19,547 nt of DNA from Myxococcota bacterium (GTDB lineage: Bacteria > Myxococcota > JACRCW01). The notes under the pieces were generated by a model, which worked only from the letters and a program-made list of their open reading frames with translations, had not been told where the DNA came from and searched no databases. The stretch lies in NCBI GenBank assembly GCA_040752415.1, contig JBFMGU010000201.1, forward strand, positions 1 through 19,547, written 5' to 3'. The position numbers and the translations under genes were made by a program. Below, piece by piece: positions 1 through 9,600 of this stretch (the stretch's first letter is position 1; every line of letters begins with the position of its first letter).

Positions 1-68
1 ACCCATTCCTCAACGGCCCTGGGAAGGAGCACCTGCTGTGTTCGGTCCGGCTCGATGACTCGGGGCAT
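1..68 (-). CDS. Probable IS1182-family transposase, 5' fragment running off the window edge
   Basis: Not in the ORF track. ATG at 68 (minus), preceded by SD-like GAGGGG, translates MPRVIEPDRTQQVLLPRAVEEW(V). This resembles the 'DRxQxxLLPxxLEEW' N-terminus of IS1182 transposases. Only 22 full codons are visible. Confidence 0.6.
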   Translation of the reverse strand, partial: MPRVIEPDRTQQVLLPRAVEEW

Positions 69-122
69 GCCCCCTCATACGCAGGTACCCGCCACGACGT
101 CACATCAAACTGAGACACCCTC
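1..122 (-). mobile_element. Left end of a putative IS1182-family insertion sequence
   Basis: Minus strand from 122 reads GAGGGTGTCTCAGTTTG, 54 nt upstream of the transposase-like ATG, and looks like an IS terminal inverted repeat. The partner end is outside the window. Confidence 0.5.
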
Positions 123-128
123 TCCAGA

Positions 129-178
129 GCGAGCGCGGCGTGTCGACGAGACCGTGGCGCTCGCAGGATCCGCCCTAC
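129..178. repeat. Intergenic hairpin / REP-like element between tldD and the IS end
   Basis: GCGAGCGC (129-136) is the reverse complement of GCGCTCGC (157-164). The minus strand from 178 begins GTAGGGCGGATCC, a GTAG-type REP-like start. Confidence 0.3.
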
Positions 179-200
179 TGGAAGGCGCGGTGGTCGGTGG

Positions 201-1598
201 TCACTCCTCGCCCTCGTCGCGGCCGCCCAGGACCACCTGGCAGCGCACGTGCGGGCCGCCTGCGTCCACCTTGGCCGGTTGCCCCTTCCCGCAGTACCCG
301 CTGCCCAGCCGCCATGCGAACGCGTCGCCCACGGCGTCCACGCTGCGCAGCACGTCAAACGCGTTCCCCGTCATGGTGCAGCCGCGCAGCAGCGGTCCCA
401 GCTTGCCGCGCTTGATGGAGTAGACCTCCTGCACCGCGAACATGAACTCCGCGTTGGCGTCGGCCTGGCCGTTCTTGGCGCCTACCAGCATGTACCCGTC
501 GTCGACGCCGGCGAGCATCTCCCCCAGCGCGGTCTGCCCCGGCGCCAGGAAGGTGTTGCGCATGCGGATGAGCGGCACGTCGTTGTAGTTGAACGCGCGC
601 GCGTTCCCCGTCGGTTCCACCCCAAAGCGCGCCGCGGTTTCGCGGTTGTGCAGGTACCCGGTGAGCACGCCGTCCTTGATGATGTCCGCGCGCCCCGCGG
701 TCACGCCCTCGTCGTCGACGGGGATGGTGCCACCCGCGCCGGCCTCCCACAGGCTCTCGCCGGTGTCGCCAATGGTGACGAGCGGGCTGGCCACCTGCTG
801 CCCCAGCTTGCCTGCCGCGGCGCTGCCGCTGAGCACGAAGTCCGCCTCCACGGTGTGGCCAATGGCCTCGTGGATGAGCAGGCCCACCACGTCGGGCGCC
901 AGCACCACCTGCTTGCGACCCGGCTCCGGGTGTCCCGCGCGCAGCAGGTCCACCGCGGTCTGCGCGGCCTTCTCGGCCAGCTGCTCGGGCGTCCCGTCGG
1001 CAAACAGGTCCCCCAGGCCGCCGGTCTTCCCCACCGCCTCCATCGCCGACTGCAGCTCACCTTCGAAACCCGCCACCGCCTCGATGCGCAGCTCCGGTTT
1101 CACGTCGAGGATGCGGGCGCGCACGCCGTCGGAGGTGACGATGATCTTCTCGTCGATGAGCTCGGTGTAACGGGAGTCCGCGCTCTTGATGTGCGGGTGG
1201 GCCTTCTGCGCCACCTGGCAGCAGCGCAAAGCCAACGCCACCTTCTCCTCGACGCTGTGCCCCTTGAGCGGGTCGCGCGCCGCCGTCTCGAACGTGCCGC
1301 GCGCCAATGCGCCGCGCGCAATCTGCTCCACGCGGGCCTTCCTTCGGACGCTGGCGCTCTTGGCCGCCGCGCGCGCCTGTTCCACGGCCTTGCGGATGCC
1401 CGCGCGGGTCAGCTCCGTCGTCGAGGCGAAGCCCCAGGCGCCGTCCCAGAGCGCACGCACGCCCACGCCGGCGCGCAGCCCACTCGTGGCGGCTTCCACG
1501 CGCCCGTCCTCCACGCGCACGGAAAGGCTGCGACGCTCATGGAAGCGCAACTCCAGGAACCCCGCGTCGTCCAGCGCGCTCTCCAGGATGTCCTGCAT
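201..1598 (-). CDS. tldD: TldD/PmbA family metalloprotease, catalytic TldD type (465 aa)
   Basis: GVGVRA...WGFAST N-terminal motif, HEAIGH zinc motif, DDEGV, GNARA..Y...P..RMRNT and C-terminal CGKGQ. Start moved to ATG 1598 (MQDILE), which has GAGGAGG upstream and avoids overlap with the neighbouring gene. Confidence 0.92.
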   Translation of the reverse strand: MQDILESALDDAGFLELRFHERRSLSVRVEDGRVEAATSGLRAGVGVRALWDGAWGFASTTELTRAGIRKAVEQARAAAKSASVRRKARVEQIARGALARGTFETAARDPLKGHSVEEKVALALRCCQVAQKAHPHIKSADSRYTELIDEKIIVTSDGVRARILDVKPELRIEAVAGFEGELQSAMEAVGKTGGLGDLFADGTPEQLAEKAAQTAVDLLRAGHPEPGRKQVVLAPDVVGLLIHEAIGHTVEADFVLSGSAAAGKLGQQVASPLVTIGDTGESLWEAGAGGTIPVDDEGVTAGRADIIKDGVLTGYLHNRETAARFGVEPTGNARAFNYNDVPLIRMRNTFLAPGQTALGEMLAGVDDGYMLVGAKNGQADANAEFMFAVQEVYSIKRGKLGPLLRGCTMTGNAFDVLRSVDAVGDAFAWRLGSGYCGKGQPAKVDAGGPHVRCQVVLGGRDEGEE

Positions 1599-1602
1599 GG
1601 GC

Positions 1603-3063
<1,461 letters not shown>

Positions 3064-3152
3064 GGTGGCCTGGCTTAGCAGTTGGGGCAACCGCCGTCCT
3101 CTGGGGTCGCGGGGAGCGTGGTTTTGACCGGAAGCATGGGGAGATTCAAGCG

Positions 3153-3599
3153 TCACCGCCCGGCGTCGCGGAGGTGCGGTCCGTCGTTCGCGGCTGTGAT
3201 GTGCAGGGTGTACCGGTCTTCGGGTTCCTCGGGTGCGGTGGCCTTCATCCCGAGCACGTCGGTGGCCACCAGCCGGTACTCCACGGTGCTGCCCACGGGC
3301 TGGCCGGGGATGTCGCCCTCGTACACGCCGGGTGTCAGCCGCACCATGCGCGTGCGTTGGGTGCCCAGCGGCATGCGCTTTCCGCCGTCGGGGCTGCCGC
3401 CGTCGGCGAGGGGAGGGTGCACGTCGTAGAAGATGGAGACGTCCTTGACGGTGTCATCCTGCGTCATGCTGGCGCGCACGCGGTAGGGCCCCACCGGGTC
3501 GGAGGTGTCGGGGGCGGGGTCCACCTCGAGGAACCGCGGTCCCAGCTCACACGCTACAAGCGCGAGGAGGAAGGGCCAGCACCGTCGGAAGAGCGACAC
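3153..3599 (-). CDS. Putative lipoprotein with a small beta-sandwich (Ig-like) domain (148 aa)
   Basis: GTG start at 3599 gives basic residues, a hydrophobic stretch and lipobox LVA-C. The segment YEGDIPGQPVGSTVEYRLVATD resembles extracellular Ig-like modules. A promoter directly upstream supports this start. Confidence 0.7.
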   Translation of the reverse strand: MSLFRRCWPFLLALVACELGPRFLEVDPAPDTSDPVGPYRVRASMTQDDTVKDVSIFYDVHPPLADGGSPDGGKRMPLGTQRTRMVRLTPGVYEGDIPGQPVGSTVEYRLVATDVLGMKATAPEEPEDRYTLHITAANDGPHLRDAGR

Positions 3600-3606
3600 G
3601 GCGGGG

Positions 3607-3635
3607 AAGCTAGTGCGCACGGAGGGGAGCGGCAA
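3607..3635 (-). promoter_or_regulatory. Putative sigma-70-type promoter, probably leaderless, for the 3599 gene
   Basis: TTGCCG (3635-3630) - N17 - TAGCTT (3612-3607) - N7 - GTG; no SD. Confidence 0.55.
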
Positions 3636-3684
3636 ACCGTGGATGCGCTCGAGGCCGTGCTGGGGACGAGGTTGAGCGTCGGCG

Positions 3685-3713
3685 CTGACTTCCCGCGTGG
3701 AACCGATTACGTT
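3685..3713 (+). promoter_or_regulatory. Putative sigma-70-type promoter, probably leaderless, for the 3722 gene
   Basis: CTGACT (3685-3690) - N17 - TACGTT (3708-3713) - N8 - ATG; no SD. Confidence 0.5.
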
Positions 3714-3721
3714 GCGCCGCC

Positions 3722-4924
3722 ATGCGCATCCGCTTGTCCCTTCTCGTGCTGCTCGTCGGTGCCTGCTCGCCGGAACCCCAGCAAGCCACGTCGAGCGACG
3801 CCGGTGTTGGCGAGCCGCTCCCGTTTGCGCCCTCCGGCCCCAACGCCGCGCCCGACCCCTCGACGACGGGGCCGTATCCCGTGGGCGTCCGCACCATCAC
3901 GCTTGTCGATCCCTCGCGCATGACGCCGGGCCACACCACGCCGCGCAAGCTGGTGTGTGAGGTCTGGTATCCCGCGGTGGAGGCGGCGCGTGGTCAGCCC
4001 GGCGTGGCGTATGACCTGCATGATGCTCTCCCCGACGACATGAAGCCCACCATCCCCGCCGAGGCGCTGGGCGTGCTGCAGACGGACGCGGTGCAGGACG
4101 CGGAGCCGCGCCACGACGGAAGGCCCTTCCCGCTGGTCATCTTCAGCCACGGCAAGGGCGGCATCCGCATGCAGTCCACGTTCTACACGGTAGCGCTGGC
4201 CAGCCACGGCTACGTGGTGGTGGCGCCGGACCACGAGGGCGACACGCTCCCCGACACGCTGCGCGAGGGCGAGCTCAACATCAACACCACCGTCGACAGC
4301 TTCGTGGACCGCCCGCAGGACGTGATGTTCCTGCTGGACCACTTCGAGGCGCTGCCGTCGGGGGACTTCCTGTCCGGGCTCATCGACATGGACCGCGTGG
4401 GCGTGTCGGGTCACAGCTTTGGCGCCATCACGTCATTCCGCGCGGCGGGGATGGACTACCGCATCAAGGCCGTGGTGGCGCAGACGCCGGCGGGCTACAC
4501 GCTGATGCAGGTCGACGTGGGAACGCCCATGGAGCAGTGGGGCATCCCGCTGATGATCCAGTCCGCGGACCTGGACCGCACGCTCCCCGTGGACCCGCAT
4601 TCGCTCTCCACGTGGGAGCACATGGTGAGCCCGCGCTTCTTCCTGCGGCTCGCCACCGGCGGCCACTTCACCTACTCGGACCTGTGCATCCTCGACGTGG
4701 AAGCCATTGACGCGGCGCTGGAGATCGACGTCAGCAACGTGCTCACCGACGGGTGCGGCGAGGAGAACGTATCTCCCGAGGTGGCCTTCCCCGTCATCCG
4801 CCACTACGGCATTGGCCTCTTCAACACCTACCTGCGCGACTCCCCGGGAACGGGCGCCTTGCTGACGGCGGCGGAGGGCACGCGGCTGGGCGGCGCGGAG
4901 GTCTCGTTCATCGGGGAACCGTGA
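3722..4924 (+). CDS. Lipoprotein alpha/beta-hydrolase (PAF-acetylhydrolase / dienelactone-hydrolase-like; 400 aa)
   Basis: Lipobox VGA-C; GPYPVG, EVWYPA, PLVIFSHG, LASHGYVVVAPDH and DRPQDV motifs; nucleophile GHSFG; candidate catalytic Asp (DLDRT) and His (GGHFTYSD). Confidence 0.88.
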   Translation: MRIRLSLLVLLVGACSPEPQQATSSDAGVGEPLPFAPSGPNAAPDPSTTGPYPVGVRTITLVDPSRMTPGHTTPRKLVCEVWYPAVEAARGQPGVAYDLHDALPDDMKPTIPAEALGVLQTDAVQDAEPRHDGRPFPLVIFSHGKGGIRMQSTFYTVALASHGYVVVAPDHEGDTLPDTLREGELNINTTVDSFVDRPQDVMFLLDHFEALPSGDFLSGLIDMDRVGVSGHSFGAITSFRAAGMDYRIKAVVAQTPAGYTLMQVDVGTPMEQWGIPLMIQSADLDRTLPVDPHSLSTWEHMVSPRFFLRLATGGHFTYSDLCILDVEAIDAALEIDVSNVLTDGCGEENVSPEVAFPVIRHYGIGLFNTYLRDSPGTGALLTAAEGTRLGGAEVSFIGEP

Positions 4925-5020
4925 CGCGTCACGCCCACCCGGCACGCTGAAAGAGCATCTGCACGTCGGTAACTCCGTTTCACGGGCGGAGCACACTGCC
5001 CGGATCGGAGGACGAAAGTC

Positions 5021-6454
5021 ATGCTGCGCGTGCGCGCCATCGTGGTGGCTGGCGTGTTGTTGGCCGCTCTTCCCGTCAAGGCGGACCACGAGCAACTGAG
5101 CACCACGGATCCCGCGCTGGGCGAGGAGCTGCTGCGGCAACGCCTGCAGTCGGAGTACCTGCTGCTGGAGCGTGCGCGACTCACGCCGTTTGGTCCCGCC
5201 GCGGGCACGGAAGGGCGCCTCTTCACGCTGCGACTCGCGCTTCTCGACGTACAACTCCAACAGCCCGTGACCAGCGCCGCGCCCCGACTGCAGGTCACGT
5301 GGGGCGGCGTCGAGCGTCAGCCTGCGCACCTCCCGCCGTTCCGCCTGGCATGGGGCCAGGAGCAGAGCGTGCTGCATTCGCAGGTGGGCGCCATCGACGT
5401 CACCTTGGGGCAGGGCGCCCTGATGCGGCATTACACGAACAACCCGCGCGCCGGGCTCGACGTGGGCCTCATGGGCGTGGTGCTTGGCGTCAACCTGTCC
5501 GGCGTGGGTGGCACGGTGATGACGGGAAACCTGCTGGAGCCCGGTCGTCTCGTCGGAGCACACGTGCACGTGCGACCGCTGATGCTGCTGGGCGGAAACG
5601 TTGGCAACACCTTGCCGGATGCGTGGCGGCTCCTGGACCTGGGCACGGTGCTGCTTTCCTCGGTGAGCCTGGGCGTTACCGGCGTGCTCGACAGCGAGCT
5701 GCCCGGCACGTTCTTCCGCGGCCTGCGTGGTCCCACGGAATGGCGGCTTCCCGCGCGTGTTCCTGGCACGGCGGGCGGGCTCAGCGGAGAGGCGGATGTG
5801 GGCATCACCTACGGGCCGCTGGATTTCCGCGTGTTCGGCAACGCGTCGATGTTGGGTCGCTCCTTCCAGACGGAAGCGGCGCAGGCGGCGAGTCACTTGT
5901 GGGGCGCGGGAGCATCCGCCGGCGTACGCACCAGCATCTCCGCGCCCTTCCTGCGGGTCGGCGGTGCCGCGCAGTACGACCTCTCCGGGCCCGACTACCT
6001 TCCCGCCTACTTTGACCGACACCACGAGGAGCACCGCCTGGCCATGGACAACGGCGCGCCCAAGATCACGCTGCGCAACCCGGCGAGCCACGGCTACCGG
6101 CTGGAGCTGGGCGCGCAGCTGTTCGACGCCCTCGGCGCGTTCTGGGAGTGGGTGGACAGCTTTGCGCTGGACGGGTCCCTCGACGGGCACCGGACGGAGA
6201 TGCGCCTGGGCACCGTGCTGCACGTGCTGGGCGTGCTGGACCTGATGGGCGCGTACGTGAACCGCGGCTTCCATGACTACCGCGACGCATTCGTTCCCGA
6301 CGTCACCTCGCTCTGGCTCGCCGAGGCGCGGCTGCAGGTCCTGGCGTTCTCCCTGGTGGCCCGGGGATGGCGCGGCTACCACGCGCAGATCGAGCGGGGG
6401 CCCACGCCGATCAGCGGAAGCAGCGTGCTGGCGGAGATCCGGCTGCGCCTGTGA
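5021..6454 (+). CDS. Exported hypothetical protein, likely outer-membrane beta-barrel (477 aa)
   Basis: GGAGG upstream; signal peptide ending VKA; many alternating amphipathic strands (GYRLELGAQL, EMRLGTVLHV, WLAEARLQV); ends in the strand AEIRLRL. Confidence 0.7.
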   Translation: MLRVRAIVVAGVLLAALPVKADHEQLSTTDPALGEELLRQRLQSEYLLLERARLTPFGPAAGTEGRLFTLRLALLDVQLQQPVTSAAPRLQVTWGGVERQPAHLPPFRLAWGQEQSVLHSQVGAIDVTLGQGALMRHYTNNPRAGLDVGLMGVVLGVNLSGVGGTVMTGNLLEPGRLVGAHVHVRPLMLLGGNVGNTLPDAWRLLDLGTVLLSSVSLGVTGVLDSELPGTFFRGLRGPTEWRLPARVPGTAGGLSGEADVGITYGPLDFRVFGNASMLGRSFQTEAAQAASHLWGAGASAGVRTSISAPFLRVGGAAQYDLSGPDYLPAYFDRHHEEHRLAMDNGAPKITLRNPASHGYRLELGAQLFDALGAFWEWVDSFALDGSLDGHRTEMRLGTVLHVLGVLDLMGAYVNRGFHDYRDAFVPDVTSLWLAEARLQVLAFSLVARGWRGYHAQIERGPTPISGSSVLAEIRLRL

Positions 6455-6539
6455 GCAGGTGGGCGGATCGGCGGTGTTGTCCGTCGGGGAGGCGGTGCCA
6501 TGCCAGCGGTCAAGCTGGTGTGATTCCCGGCGCCAAAAG

Positions 6540-6568
6540 TTGAACCCTGGCTGAAGCGGCCCTAACGT
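6540..6568 (+). promoter_or_regulatory. Putative sigma-70-type promoter of the giant coiled-coil gene
   Basis: TTGAAC (6540-6545) - N17 - TAACGT (6563-6568) in a relatively AT-rich intergenic stretch, flanked by two GTGATTCC copies (6520-6527, 6573-6580). Confidence 0.5.
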
Positions 6569-6624
6569 CCCCGTGATTCCTGCAGTTTCTCTCACGTGGG
6601 GCTCACGCCGCACCGCCAGTGACA

Positions 6625-9600
6625 ATGGAACGTCTCTACCAGCCTGCCGTCTCCCTCTCCGAGGTGTTGCCCCGGCTTCTCTTCCTGGAGCCGGCGCTGA
6701 GCGGTCGTCGCGTGCTGGTGGTCCAGTGCGGTGACGGCGAGGTGGTGCAGTTCCTGGCCGACATGGACGTATCCCGCGTGGTGGGCGTGGACACCAATGA
6801 AGACGTCATTGCCCGGGCCCGACACACCATCCGTCACAAGAAGGTGGACCTGCGCAGCCACAAGGATGGCCGCATCCCCGCCGACGACGGTGCCTTTGAC
6901 GTCATCCTGGACTTCACGCTGCCCCAGACGCTGGCGCGGGAGAGCTGGCGGCTGACGGAGTACGCGCGCATCCTCAGCGGCAACGGCTTCATGCTCACCG
7001 CGCTGCCCAACCCGGAAGGCGCGGGACTGGTGAGCCTGCTGGGGGCCACCGACGGCGGTGGTGGCGTCGGATACTCCGAGATGGTGAGCGCGCTCTCGGG
7101 CGCGTTCCCGCAGGTGGCGATCTACGGGCAGAGCCCGCTGCTGGGCTTCTCGTTCATGTCGTTCAACGTCGACCCCGACGAAGTTGCCGTGGGACTCGAC
7201 ACCGCGCTGATGGGCGAGCGGCCCGAGGTGGTGGCGTACTACCTGCTCGTGGCCGGCGCGGAGATCCCCTCCCCCGACGAGCTCACGCTGGTCCAGCTGC
7301 CCTTCAATGACCTGGCGCGTCTCATCCAGGGTCGCATGGAGGGGCTGCGGCGGGAGGCGGAGGAGCTGCGCACCCGCACCGTCGACGAGCTGACGCGCAC
7401 CCGGCGCGCCCTGGCCGAGCGGGAGCGTGCGCTGCAGGTGATTGCGGAGCGGCTGCCGCGCCTGCGCGACGAGATCCTGGTCCAGGCGGAAGCCGCCGAG
7501 GCCGCGCAGACCGGTCGCGAGGAGCTGGTCCGCCGCGTCGACGCGCTGGGCGTGGAGCTGCGTGAGCGGGAGTCCGCCATCTCCTCGCTGCGCGGAGAGC
7601 TCGACGGGGAGCGGCGTCGCATCCAGGCACTGCAGGAAGAGCTGCAGACGCGCACGCGGGAACAGAGCGCGGGTCGCGCGGAGGCCGACGAGATCCGCAG
7701 CCAGCTGGGTGCCCTGCGCGCCGACCTGGAGCTGGCGCGGCTGGCGCAACAGATTGCCGAGGAGAAGGGCAAGGGTCTGCAGGAGCAGCTGGAGCGCACC
7801 CGCGCCGAGCTGGAGCGCGCGGAAGCCGCGGTGGCGCGCCTGCAGAACGAGCGCGAGCAGGCCCGTCAGCAGCTGGAATCCGCGCAGGAGACGCGCCTCA
7901 AGCTGGTGGCGGAGATGGGCGACCTGCAGCGCGCCCGCGACGAGGCCCACAGCCGCGCCGACCAGGCGGCCCACCAGCTGCAGAACGCCCGCGAGGAGCT
8001 GGAGACCGCGCGCGCCAACAGCGCCCAGGCCGAGCGCGAGCTCATCAAGCTCCGCCAGGAGCTCACCGACTCCAACGCCTCCATTGCCCAGCAGCTCACC
8101 GTGCTGGCCAAGGCCAACGCCGACGCGCAACAGCTCCGCGCCGAGCTGGACGCCCTGCAGGCCGGCGTGCGCGAGAAGGACGCGCGTGTCCAGGACCTGG
8201 AGTCCCAGCTGGCGGAGCGCGAGGCGCGCCTGCAGGACGTGGGGGAGCAGCTCAAGGCCGCGGAGGCCCGCGCGGAAGTCCTGGCCGAGCAGGTCAAGCT
8301 GGACAGCGAAGGCAAGCTGCAGCACGCGCTCGAGGAGACCGAGCGGCTGCGCCAGCAGGTGGCGGAGGCCGCGCAGGTCCGTGATGACGCGCAGCGCGCG
8401 CTGGTGGAGGTTGTCGAGGAGCGGCACGGGCTGCAGCAGGCCCTGGTCGACGCCGGCGAGCGCCAGAACACGCTCATGCAGGCCATGCGCGACATGGAGA
8501 TCCGCGTGGCCCAGGCGGAGAGCGGGCGGCTGGAGCTCCACACGCGCCTGGCGCCGTTGACGCACGAGGTGGAAGAGGCGCGCGCCAAGGCCGCGGAGGC
8601 GCAGCAGCGCTTCCAGTCCCTGCGCGAGACGCTGATGGAGCGCAACCGCGAGCTGGGGCAGCTCAAGGAGCTGTTGGCCGCGCGGGAGCAGGAGCTGACC
8701 GGGGCGCGCATGGCGTTGGAGGACGCGCAGCGCCACCTGGAGGACGCCGAGAGCGCGCGCGCCGCCGCCGAGAGCGAGCTGAGCCGCATCCGCGCCGACG
8801 CCCGTTCCCGCGAGAGCGCGGTGGCCATGCTCGAGGAGGACGTGGCGCGCCGCAGCGAGGGCCTGGCGGTGATGACCGCGCGCCTGGCGGAAGCGGAGAG
8901 CGCGCTGGCGTCTATTGTCGAGGAGCTGCGCGGAGAGAAGGATGGCCACGCGCGCACGCGTGACGAGGTCACCCAGCTCAACGGGCTGCTGGAGGAAGCC
9001 GACCGTCTCATGCGCGCCGAGAAGGCCGGTGCGCAGGAGCAGCTGGCTGCGCTGGAACGCGCCACGCGGGAGCTGGAATCCGCGCGCGCCGAGCTGGCCG
9101 CCACCAGTGAGCGCCTCACCGCCACCAAGGACGCGCTCACCGCCGCGCAAGGGGACCGCGACGCCGCGCTGGCCGCCGTCATTGGCATGGACCAGCAGGC
9201 CGGGGAGCTGCGCGGCCGCGTCAAGGAGCTGGAGCAGGAGCTGGCGGCGCAGCGCACCGCGCAGGATGAGCGCGCCAGGGAGATCGCCTCGCTGCAAGAG
9301 CAGCTGCGCAACGTGCAGGGCCGTGCCGAGGAGGCGGGAGCCCTGGAGGAGCGCATTGCCTCCGCGGATGCGGCGCTCAAGGCTGCGGAGGACCGGGCCG
9401 CGGCACTGCAGCGTGAGGTGGAGGAGCTGCGCGCGGCGCAGAAGGTCGCCGAGGAGCTGCGGGGTTCCGTCGAGGGTGAGGCTGGTGCCCTGCGCACCCG
9501 CATCTCCGAGCTGGAAGCCGCGCTGAAGGCCGCGGGTGAAGCCGCGGATGCGGAGCGCGAGGCCGCGCGGCGGGCGCAGGAGGAAGTGGAGAAGGCGCGC

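Noticed and set aside
4433..6625. 730-aa minus-strand ORF
   Set aside because: Antisense to the hydrolase and the barrel candidate, which have signal peptides and coherent composition.
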